From a virus, in the IMG/VR virus record IMGVR_UViG_3300045971_000674, positions 45,230-109,229 of that record: a stretch of 64,000 bases of DNA; one strand, written 5' to 3'. The first letter of the stretch is position 1. Each line of letters starts with the position of its first letter. The notes beneath the pieces are model-generated. The model made no database searches. It was not told where the DNA came from and was given only the letters and a program-made list of their open reading frames with translations. Below are positions 9,281 through 17,375 of this stretch, piece by piece. Position numbers and translations under genes: made by a program.

Positions 9281-9580
9281 TCAGTTTCCTTTTGCTGCCT
9301 TCTTCGCGGCCAGAGTGGCGCGCAACTTCGCGAGACGGGCGGCCTTCTTGGCCTTGATTGCTTCGTTTGCGATCCACTCATCGCGTACGATCTTGTACAG
9401 CTCGTGGGTGCGCTTGTTCGCCATGAACAGCCTGCTGCACTTGCGATTGTCCAGGTAGATCGAGTACGAAGCATCGCACACGTCGTAGTCCTTGCGGTAC
9501 AGAGCACCACGTCGGCCAAGCTCGAGTGTGATGCCGAGGATCATGTCCATCGAGTAGACGACTTCGCGATAGACTCTCAT
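9281..9580 (-). CDS. hypothetical protein, basic C-terminus
   Basis: 99 aa from ATG 9580 with an ATGA overlap and phage-typical codons. Confidence 0.6.
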   Translation of the reverse strand: MRVYREVVYSMDMILGITLELGRRGALYRKDYDVCDASYSIYLDNRKCSRLFMANKRTHELYKIVRDEWIANEAIKAKKAARLAKLRATLAAKKAAKGN

Positions 9581-9852
9581 TTGTCGATCCTTTGTGCGTC
9601 GAACCACTCTTCGAGTGAGTAGAATTCGGGGAAGTAGAACTGATCGAGACCGTGCGAGTGGAACGTGCACGAGTTGAACTCCATGCCAGCGAACCAAAAC
9701 GCGCCGCGTAGTTCGGGGTTGGTGTGTGCTTCCGTGCAGAGCCGCTCGAAATCGATGAGGGCGTCGCATGCAGACACATACTCGAATGGTAGGCTCACAT
9801 CGCACGAGTACGTGCAGCCGTCGCCGTCAGTGTAGAACATCACGCACTTCAT
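9577..9852 (-). CDS. hypothetical protein
   Basis: 91 aa in a chain of ATGA-coupled genes. Confidence 0.6.
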   Translation of the reverse strand: MKCVMFYTDGDGCTYSCDVSLPFEYVSACDALIDFERLCTEAHTNPELRGAFWFAGMEFNSCTFHSHGLDQFYFPEFYSLEEWFDAQRIDK

Positions 9853-10085
9853 TGCATCACCAGCATCAGTTCAGGATCCTTCATGCAGAAGGCGATGGCT
9901 TCGAGTGTGTCGGCGACCCAGCACGGATCCCACTGCCGGCTCTCCATCTCGAGAAGCAGGAGCTGCAGCCGAAGGACATTTGTTGGTGCAGCCATCACAG
10001 CCTCGGACACCGCGGTCGGCGTCTGGAACGGGAAGCCGAGGGTGCGGCCATCGGCCACGAAAACGAAGGCGAGGTTCATTGACAT
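9849..10085 (-). CDS. hypothetical protein
   Basis: 78 aa from ATG 10085, coupled to its neighbours. Confidence 0.55.
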   Translation of the reverse strand: MSMNLAFVFVADGRTLGFPFQTPTAVSEAVMAAPTNVLRLQLLLLEMESRQWDPCWVADTLEAIAFCMKDPELMLVMQ

Positions 10086-10324
10086 ACGACCACCAGAAGT
10101 TCGCGTTGAACGGCGAGCAAGAAGCGTGTCTTGCGTTGCAGAGCAATGCCGCGCAGTTCGCCGTCGCAGCACAGGTTTTCGGGGCTGAGGTCACAGTCGA
10201 GCTGCTGTTGCAGCCGGTTGCGATCAGCGACCGTCAGGGTCTTGATGTCCAGCTTCTTGGTCTTGCTGAAGTCAGCCCAGACATTCTGTTGCTGGATGTA
10301 CGTGAGGAGGTTGGGGGTGTTCAT
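10076..10324 (-). CDS. small hypothetical phage protein (LSPENLCCDGE motif)
   Basis: 82 aa, directly downstream of a TG-A-TAGAAT extended -10. Confidence 0.65.
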   Translation of the reverse strand: MNTPNLLTYIQQQNVWADFSKTKKLDIKTLTVADRNRLQQQLDCDLSPENLCCDGELRGIALQRKTRFLLAVQRELLVVVCQ

Positions 10325-10388
10325 ACTGCTATTCTATCACAGCCATGGCCGGCGTAAATAGCCAGATGTGTAACAGTTGGGAGATGTC

Positions 10389-10685
10389 ATGGGAAACGTC
10401 GTGAGAATCGGAGACTCTGTTTCTTGTGGTGACCATGCCGCTCAGGGATCCTCCAACGTCTTCGCTAACGGGATGCCCATCACCCATCAGGGCAAGAAGG
10501 TCACTACGGGTCATGGATGTTTTCCACCTACTGTCTTCATTGGCCCCTACACATCTACGGTCTTCGTGAACAACCAACCTGTGGCCTTGAAAGGCAAGAC
10601 GAAGATTCAAGTGCACGCGTGCGGCAAATCAAAGCATGACGGCGTAGCATCTTCTGGCGCAGCGACAGTCTCCTTCGAGGAATGA
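10389..10685 (+). CDS. PAAR-like spike-tip protein (T4 gp5.4-like)
   Basis: RIGDSVSCGDH, GSSNVFANG, GHGCFPP and STVFVNNQP motifs. RBS GGAG; TAAATA at 10355-10360. Confidence 0.8.
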   Translation: MGNVVRIGDSVSCGDHAAQGSSNVFANGMPITHQGKKVTTGHGCFPPTVFIGPYTSTVFVNNQPVALKGKTKIQVHACGKSKHDGVASSGAATVSFEE

Positions 10686-10686
10686 C

Positions 10687-11631
10687 ATGCCAAGTGGACT
10701 TCTTCCTGTCTACTCCTATCGACCGCCCAAGAAGTCTGGGGAGCCACAGCTTCGCACTTGCTCGTCCCTGCGTGCTCGGCTCTGGGCTGGCAACACGTAC
10801 TTTCGGTCCCGCGATCCTGGGCTAAAAAGCAACCTCATCTCAGTGCAGGTGATCGAGTACACCGATCCGGACCAAGCGGTCTGTGTCGTGACCAACTACG
10901 GGTTGATGACGTCGGAGCTCGTGACTGGTCCTGTCGAAGCCGAGGTCTTTGACGTCCATCTGCAAAGCAACGACAAGATCAAAATTACCGACCTCACCAC
11001 CACACCACACGCCGCGATTTATAGCATTAGCTTCAAGATAGCGCGCGCAGATACCCTGGTGACCGATCTTGGGGAAGTTCAGCTCTCTCGTCTTTTCAGC
11101 ATTCCTGGTATGCTGGCAGCTAAGCTCACCCCGCAAGCCACCGGATTGACACCCGCCGATGCGATTGTCATCACTCCGAGACGCCGGGTGTACCAATTGG
11201 TGTCGAAAACGGTGACCCCACCGGCCGCCGCAGATGGCGGCGCATCCGTACCAGTTACGGGGTGGGACATTGAGGACCTGCGGACGCAGATCAATGCCAA
11301 CGATCCATGGGTAGAGATGCCTGCTCGACCTGGTCCAGCGGCGGCACTACCCGCAGATGGCAGCCCAGCACTTGTGATCGACGAGAGTGGGCTGTGGGCT
11401 GACAAGCAGGACACTCTCCGGGATGGAGACGTGCTTGTTGCCTTCGCTGAGAAGCGAGTAGCAGGTGGTGATGGCTTGCCTGACACTCCAGACCGTGAAT
11501 GCACTGGACCGTTCAGGTCGCTAGTGCATGTCAACTACGGTGAAGCTACAAACGGTGCTCTCAAGGAGATCAACACCGTCTACGAATGGAACGGCAAGAA
11601 CTCCGCTGAAGGAACCTGGAAGAGCTACTAG
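10687..11631 (+). CDS. hypothetical protein, probably virion-associated
   Basis: 314 aa, co-transcribed with the PAAR gene. Confidence 0.55.
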   Translation: MPSGLLPVYSYRPPKKSGEPQLRTCSSLRARLWAGNTYFRSRDPGLKSNLISVQVIEYTDPDQAVCVVTNYGLMTSELVTGPVEAEVFDVHLQSNDKIKITDLTTTPHAAIYSISFKIARADTLVTDLGEVQLSRLFSIPGMLAAKLTPQATGLTPADAIVITPRRRVYQLVSKTVTPPAAADGGASVPVTGWDIEDLRTQINANDPWVEMPARPGPAAALPADGSPALVIDESGLWADKQDTLRDGDVLVAFAEKRVAGGDGLPDTPDRECTGPFRSLVHVNYGEATNGALKEINTVYEWNGKNSAEGTWKSY

Positions 11632-12020
11632 TGAGCCTTCGTGTAGTTGAAGGTCAGTACATGCGTAGCGATACCTGACTGGGCGTAATCAAGCACGAGC
11701 TCATGATCAACCAGCTTGGAGTAGCACTTGATCTGGGCGGTAACACCTTCAGCACCATCAAGCATGTCGATGAATGCCACGTAGTCGAACTTTGCTAGAT
11801 CGCCGATCATGTCAAGCAGTGTCTGCGCATGGGCGGCCGGTTGCTCAACCCACACCTTGATCTCGCCCTTCACCATGTTCACGTAGATGCGCGTCGTTTG
11901 CGCCGTCAACAGGTTGAATTGGTTGCCCTCACCAATCCGAAACCGGAATTGGTGAGACATTGTTGGGTGAAGAATGCCGAAGCCAACGCCGGGAATGCCG
12001 AACTCTTGTAGTGATGTCAT
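11628..12020 (-). CDS. tail-tube-like paralog (short)
   Basis: 130 aa. N-terminal SLQEFGIPG..GILHPTMSHQFRF and later FIDMLDG resemble myovirus tail-tube proteins. TAAATA upstream. Confidence 0.5.
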   Translation of the reverse strand: MTSLQEFGIPGVGFGILHPTMSHQFRFRIGEGNQFNLLTAQTTRIYVNMVKGEIKVWVEQPAAHAQTLLDMIGDLAKFDYVAFIDMLDGAEGVTAQIKCYSKLVDHELVLDYAQSGIATHVLTFNYTKAH

Positions 12021-12048
12021 GATGGGTCTCCTGTATGCGGAGACCTAT

Positions 12049-12699
12049 TTACTCAGTCGGCGTAAACCAATCCTGGTACCTTCCGGGGAAGTTCGCCGGT
12101 TGGTAGAGCCAAGGCCCACCTTCCATGGTGGTCAGCTTGATGGCGACCTTTACGTGCTCATACGAGCCGACCAGAATCGGAGAGATGGCAGTGATGAAGT
12201 GTGGTCCTGCTGGGAACAGAACGAGAGTGCCACGCTGTGGGACCAGGCTGAAGTCATAAGCTGCGAACTCGAGCTTGCCGCCGTACACCTCGAAGCGAGT
12301 ATCCAACGGCACTCCGCCATTGTAGTCCTTCAGCCAGAGGAAGCCGACCAAGTCGACGTCACGGCTCTTGACCCACTTCTTGCGAATGAACTTGGCGTTC
12401 TCACAGCCGTGTGGCTCACAAGGATCATTCGGATTCTCGAAGTACTGCTGGAAGAGGGGGCTCTCCATGCCAGCAACTATTCCCGCATAACGATCTTCGA
12501 TTTCAGACACGTGCGGCTGAAGGAGTTGAACGATAGGGGCGTTCGTTGCGGCATCGCGCATGATGCGATCATGGCGGAGCGGTCGGTTCTTGTTCTTCTC
12601 GTCAAAGGACGGGACCTTGATGCCGAGTTCAGCAATGAGCGTCTCACACCTGGCAGGTGAGATTGCGTCTTCGACGATGAAGAAAGGACTTTTGATCAT
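12049..12699 (-). CDS. 2OG-Fe(II) oxygenase-family protein (prolyl-hydroxylase-like fold)
   Basis: FFIVEDAISP start, EVYGGKLEF, VPQRGTLVLFP. Start at 12699 lies just after TAAATA. Confidence 0.65.
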   Translation of the reverse strand: MIKSPFFIVEDAISPARCETLIAELGIKVPSFDEKNKNRPLRHDRIMRDAATNAPIVQLLQPHVSEIEDRYAGIVAGMESPLFQQYFENPNDPCEPHGCENAKFIRKKWVKSRDVDLVGFLWLKDYNGGVPLDTRFEVYGGKLEFAAYDFSLVPQRGTLVLFPAGPHFITAISPILVGSYEHVKVAIKLTTMEGGPWLYQPANFPGRYQDWFTPTE

Positions 12700-12707
12700 G
12701 CGGGTAT

Positions 12708-13244
12708 TTACACCAGCCCGAGATGCTTCGCTGTGACAGCGTCCAGGATGATGTGTGGGCGACGTGCAGCTCGGCCCATATTGACCTCGCACATACGACC
12801 GAACTTGGCGCTCAGCTGCATGTTGGTACGCAGACCTGCCTCTTCACGCCAGAACGTGTAGGTGTTCTCAGCCAGCTTGTAGGTGATCTTGTCGTCACCG
12901 GTCAGGTCAACAACGCGGAGCAGCGGGAACGAATACGAGCGATCGAGATAGGCAGTGACCTTCTCGCCGTCCACAGATACTTCGCCGATGGCTTCAGTGG
13001 TTGGCTCTTCCTCAGCAGGCATTTCTTCAGCAGGCGCTTCGTCAGCTGGTGGCTCTTCAGCAGGTGCTTCGTCAGCTGGTGGCTCTTCGGTGGGGGCTTC
13101 CTCATCCATCATGCCAACTGCCATGTGCAGAAGATTGACAGGAGTTGCTTCAACCACTTCAACTTCGTGGCCTGCATCCTTGAGCGCTTGTTCGCCAGCG
13201 GAAACGTCTTCACCTGGTGGTGCAAAGATAACGACTTGTGCCAT
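12708..13244 (-). CDS. hypothetical protein with acidic Pro/Glu/Ala repeat
   Basis: 178 aa, PPADEAPAEE x2 (30-bp DNA repeat at about 13025-13089). RBS GGAG. Confidence 0.65.
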   Translation of the reverse strand: MAQVVIFAPPGEDVSAGEQALKDAGHEVEVVEATPVNLLHMAVGMMDEEAPTEEPPADEAPAEEPPADEAPAEEMPAEEEPTTEAIGEVSVDGEKVTAYLDRSYSFPLLRVVDLTGDDKITYKLAENTYTFWREEAGLRTNMQLSAKFGRMCEVNMGRAARRPHIILDAVTAKHLGLV

Positions 13245-13247
13245 GGG

Positions 13248-13688
13248 TTACTCCAGCCCCGCCAAACGGCGGAAACGCTTGCGGGTTGCAGCAGCCTCTT
13301 CTTGGAGGGCTGCGCTCTTTGCTTCAACGATTGAAACGGGCATGCTGCTTTGTGCAGTTGCAGCAAGCTTGGACTTGTCGATGCCGATGCGCTTGACCAC
13401 TTGATAGGTCTTCGTGCTGTCGCCGCAATTGACACCAACAGAGAACACGATGTCGAAGGCAGCAACTGCGTCTACATTGCCGTACGAGACGGGCGTGATG
13501 CTGTTGGCATACACGGTAATGTTCTTGCAGTCGAGGTCAGCGGCAGGCGCGCCAATGGCGATGTCATCGTAATCAGCATCGTAGGCATCGTCATGCGAAG
13601 GGGTCATTGAAGCAGTGATATCACCAGTCACGCCGAGGGCGGCAGCGCTGATGATTGGCATGTTCATTTCGTTTGTGGTCTCAGCCAT
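13248..13688 (-). CDS. hypothetical late protein with C-terminal RKRFRRLAGL
   Basis: RBS GGAG before ATG 13688 (alternative start 13709). TAAATA at 13717-13722. Confidence 0.6.
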   Translation of the reverse strand: MAETTNEMNMPIISAAALGVTGDITASMTPSHDDAYDADYDDIAIGAPAADLDCKNITVYANSITPVSYGNVDAVAAFDIVFSVGVNCGDSTKTYQVVKRIGIDKSKLAATAQSSMPVSIVEAKSAALQEEAAATRKRFRRLAGLE

Positions 13689-13705
13689 AGCTTCTCCAAT
13701 GGATT

Positions 13706-14380
13706 TCATACAGAGCTATTTACAGCGTGGGCCCAGTAAGCTGCAGCCCGGTCGCGTAGCTCTTGCATGTGATCCGCAAGCTTGACCTTGAATTCTTGAG
13801 GAAAGCCACTGTCTGCCACCATGAGAATGAAGCCGTCCTTGATGGTAGTGCCGAACATTTCATTGTGCGCCATACCGTAGAAACACAATTGGCACTTGTA
13901 ATTCCCGATGTCACTATGTCCCTTGACGCGCGATGCAGTTTTGAAGTCGACAATGGCTGGTACGCCCTTGTAAACACCGATGAGATCGCAACGACCGGCG
14001 ATCTCGATCTCGTGGGAGACCAAGCAGACCTCTTGGCCCCACACTTCGTCGACCTTCTTGAGCAGCATCTTCAGCGCATTGAAGGAAGCCATGTCCGCTT
14101 CAGACACTGGCTTGCCCTCGATCGGTGCATTGACGACTTCACCCTTGAGGAAGCGTTCAGCCAGCAAGTGGACTGTAGTGCCGCGATCGGTGGCGAACTT
14201 CGACTTCTCAACTGCCAATGAACCGAGTGCATCTTGCCAGCGCTTCAGCGAAGCCTTCTTTTCAGGCGCTTCGGTAAAGCCCAAAATCGTGGTGATTGAG
14301 GGCATCGGTCCGGCATCAGTGAGATACCATCGCCCACCCAGATGGGTTTCAGTTGTTATCTCGGGATATGGAAATTGCAT
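13706..14380 (-). CDS. PD-(D/E)XK exonuclease (Cas4-like phage exonuclease)
   Basis: PSITTILG, RGTTVH, IAGRCDLIG, AIVDFKTA and QLCFYGMA motifs. Confidence 0.85.
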   Translation of the reverse strand: MQFPYPEITTETHLGGRWYLTDAGPMPSITTILGFTEAPEKKASLKRWQDALGSLAVEKSKFATDRGTTVHLLAERFLKGEVVNAPIEGKPVSEADMASFNALKMLLKKVDEVWGQEVCLVSHEIEIAGRCDLIGVYKGVPAIVDFKTASRVKGHSDIGNYKCQLCFYGMAHNEMFGTTIKDGFILMVADSGFPQEFKVKLADHMQELRDRAAAYWAHAVNSSV

Positions 14381-14972
14381 CTTCTCGCCTTTTAGACCAA
14401 TATGCGCGGCGTGCAGCAGCGATTTTGGCTCTATGTTCTTCTGTTTTGGGACCACTCAAATTTTTCCGATGTTCTTCAGATAACGGAACACCTTTGAAAA
14501 GTGCAGATATGTCAGGTCGAGAAACACCTTTACGAGCCGCAGACATCTTAGCTTTCGTTTCAGAGGTTGCACGTCTTGTGCGATTTGCCTCGCTGATTTT
14601 GCCTCGATGATCAACAGAAAGACATTTACCAGTTTTCGCTTTGCTAATCTTAGCACGAATGGTCTCTGACGGATTGGCAAGCCCTTCACCACCATCAGTC
14701 AAATTAAGAAGCGGACCTTTGCCAAGATCCTTTCGTCCTATTACAGCAATGAGACATCGCTCCAGAAATAGTGCATGCGCCTCATCTAATGCCAAAACAA
14801 TTTCTATTTTGGGAGACGTGCCATCACGTTTCATTTGTTGCAATGTATTTGTGAAATGACACCTGTCGCTGCGCTTTAGATGGCTAAAAGCCCTGTTACC
14901 AGACCCCTTACCAACGTAAAACGGTTCGTCGGTATCTGGCCGACGATAGATGTAGGAATAAAATTGTCTCAC
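14349..14972 (-). mobile_element. free-standing GIY-YIG/NUMOD3 homing endonuclease
   Basis: FYSYIYRRP...PFYVGKG..NRAFSH, NLTDGGEG and repeated H..KIS/ETKAKMS NUMOD3 motifs. Visibly AT-richer than the flanks. Confidence 0.85.
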
Positions 14973-15661
14973 TTCTTATGTGATATGCGTTTGTTATACG
15001 CCACAAGCCGCTTCGATAATGGCTTTCTGCGTGTAATTCTGCCTTTCAATAATCTGATAATCCGCTTCTTCTTGGAGGCGATGCGAAGCTTCAGACGGGT
15101 ACGTGCCTTTGGTCGTGGCTTGTAAGCGTTCTTGATGTTGCTTACAACACGACCCTTGCGCCAGCCGGAAGTAACGCGGAAGCCACGTTTGATCTTCTTG
15201 CCAGAGCGACGGAATGCGCGCTTGACCCCTTCTTCGAGCTCCACTTCGGGCTCAGCTGCCTCAACATCTACAGCTTCAGGGTCAATTGTATCATCTTGCC
15301 CAGGCCCTTCGGCACCTTCGATAGGTTGTTCGGCCTCGTGCTCTTCAATGCCCATCTCTTTCAGAGTGGTTTGGTCGAGGACGACTCCGGTCGGGTAGGC
15401 CTTGTCACCTTCACGAGATAGGACGATCGTCCCATCACCAATCTCCACGAAGACTGGGTTGTCGTCGTGGTCATACACCTCTCCGTCCTGACCATCTTCA
15501 GCCAGGTCGAAGAGAGCATTGAGTTGGTCCAAGTCCAACTTCATCGAGAAGCCATCACATGAGATGAGGATGCCGTGGTGAGCCAGATGCCCCACGTTCC
15601 AGCCACCTTCAGGGGTGACTGGACCTTGGATTTCCTCGGTGACTTCTCGAAGTAGACGCAT
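14969..15661 (-). CDS. prohead core-like protein (acidic N-terminus, T4 gp68-like basic C-terminus)
   Basis: C-terminal VKRAFRRSGKKIKRGFRVTSGWRKGRVV...SKRLVAYNK resembles the basic prohead core proteins of large myophages. Confidence 0.55.
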   Translation of the reverse strand: MRLLREVTEEIQGPVTPEGGWNVGHLAHHGILISCDGFSMKLDLDQLNALFDLAEDGQDGEVYDHDDNPVFVEIGDGTIVLSREGDKAYPTGVVLDQTTLKEMGIEEHEAEQPIEGAEGPGQDDTIDPEAVDVEAAEPEVELEEGVKRAFRRSGKKIKRGFRVTSGWRKGRVVSNIKNAYKPRPKARTRLKLRIASKKKRIIRLLKGRITRRKPLSKRLVAYNKRISHKK

Positions 15662-17373
15662 TACTGCAGATCGCGACCGCGTTGGCTGAGGCGCTTCGAC
15701 AGGGTGTCCATCATGCGAGCGATGGTAGACCCAGCATTCTTGTCACCTTGTTGCACGAGCTTCATCTTGCGGGCGACTTGTGGTGGAAGGGTCTCAGAGT
15801 TGATGCCAAGAGCGAGCAGCAAGTTGTGCGTAGCAGTCTCGACTTCAGTTGCCGCAGGAGCTTGGCCAGCCCTTGGTGCAACAGGCGCTTGAGTTTGCAT
15901 GGCAGGAGCTTCAGACAAAGCACGACCTGAACGACGGCGTGCTTCCATCTTGGCTTCAGCAGCTTCGTCATCGAGAGGAGCCATTGCGTCAGAAGGCTTG
16001 AGGCCCATGCGAACAGCCAGCATGCGCATCTTGAGCTTCAGATCGGAGTTGTCTTCGATGACCTTCGAGGCACGGTACAGGGCAGTCTTGACTTGCTGTG
16101 GGCCAGTCGTTGACACGAGATCTTCTGGCAGGCCAAGCTTCACGAGGATGGTCTCGAGCTGCTTCTGCAGATAGTTGCCAGCCTTGAGCTTGGCTTCGTT
16201 GAGGCCTTCCTTCATGGCGAGTTCGTCAGGAGTAACTTCCTTCGGAGCATCCTTTTCGATGGCATGGCCAGTAGCAGTGGCATAGACCTTCAGGAAGTCC
16301 ATGAATGCGCGACGCACAGACAGTTGCTGACGCAGCATCTCAGCAGCTTCTTGCACGCCGGTGGTGATGCCTTCGGTGTTGAGCTTCAGACCAGGGATGC
16401 CGAGCAGCGAGAACAGCACGATGACCTGCTTCTCAAGCTTGAACTTCAGCTTCGACACCAGCATGCGCTGCTGGCCGTCGAGTGGGATGTTGAAGCCGTC
16501 GATCACGCCGTCGCGATCCTCAGCTGGCTTTGCTGGCGCCTTGCCAGCTTCTTCGAGATGTCCTTCGCTCAGTACGCGCTGAAGGAATTTGTTACCAATG
16601 CTCATGTTGTCTCCTTGGGGGTTGTAGCCTTCAGCTGCTTTCATTTTCTTGCCAACATTCTTCAGCTTCGAATGTTTGTCTTTGCCCTTGTCCTCTTCCT
16701 CTTCAGGAGGAGTCTCTTCTTCACCGCCTTCAGGTGCGGCTTCGCCTTCACCCTCTTCGCCTTCTTCGCCCGCTGCCGGCTCTTGCGAGACTTCGTCAGC
16801 GGTTCCGTTGGTGCGGTCTACACCGTCGTCGTCAGCAGTTCCGATGACATCCATCTCGTCATCATCTTCATCAGGTTCAGCATCATGGGCTGGGTCGCCC
16901 ACATCGGCTTGATCATCCATGTTGACAGCATTGGGATCTTCAGCATCGGCTGCAGCGTTGGGGCCTTCGCCCTTTGGCCAGATCACGTCAACGATGTCGA
17001 ACCGGCCAGCCAGCTCATTGATGGCTTCTTCAATGTCATCTTCCATGCCGAGCAGCTTCTTCATCTCGGCTTCAAAGGCATCGGCTTGGGTGGCATTCAC
17101 GTAGACCTTGACGATCTTGCCGTCATCGGTCTCGAGGCCGTACAGCACGCTGTCAACTTCGTCGTTCAGGTCCTTGGCCTTCTCGAGGTAGTTGGCAACA
17201 TCAGAGCCAGAGATCTTGCCATCGGCATTGATGGTGTTGCGCATCAGCGAGAACTTGACGTCAGTTTGTATTCCACCGGCTTTCTTGGAGACATCTCCCT
17301 TGCCAGCATCCGAGCCATCGCTACGCGATAGATCGGTTTGGCTGACGAATTCGAGCAGTGAACGGTAGGTCAT
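15661..17373 (-). CDS. acidic hypothetical protein, possibly head-internal/scaffold
   Basis: 570 aa with long D/E/G-rich low-complexity tracts, repeated L-x-E motifs and strong phage codon bias. Confidence 0.6.
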   Translation of the reverse strand: MTYRSLLEFVSQTDLSRSDGSDAGKGDVSKKAGGIQTDVKFSLMRNTINADGKISGSDVANYLEKAKDLNDEVDSVLYGLETDDGKIVKVYVNATQADAFEAEMKKLLGMEDDIEEAINELAGRFDIVDVIWPKGEGPNAAADAEDPNAVNMDDQADVGDPAHDAEPDEDDDEMDVIGTADDDGVDRTNGTADEVSQEPAAGEEGEEGEGEAAPEGGEEETPPEEEEDKGKDKHSKLKNVGKKMKAAEGYNPQGDNMSIGNKFLQRVLSEGHLEEAGKAPAKPAEDRDGVIDGFNIPLDGQQRMLVSKLKFKLEKQVIVLFSLLGIPGLKLNTEGITTGVQEAAEMLRQQLSVRRAFMDFLKVYATATGHAIEKDAPKEVTPDELAMKEGLNEAKLKAGNYLQKQLETILVKLGLPEDLVSTTGPQQVKTALYRASKVIEDNSDLKLKMRMLAVRMGLKPSDAMAPLDDEAAEAKMEARRRSGRALSEAPAMQTQAPVAPRAGQAPAATEVETATHNLLLALGINSETLPPQVARKMKLVQQGDKNAGSTIARMMDTLSKRLSQRGRDLQ

Positions 17374-17375
17374 GG

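Noticed and set aside
13025-13089. 30-bp tandem DNA repeat
   Set aside because: It simply encodes the PPADEAPAEE low-complexity linker; it is not an array.
13706-14380. Cas4 as evidence of a CRISPR system
   Set aside because: It is a solo PD-(D/E)XK exonuclease typical of T4-like phages, with no other cas genes or array.
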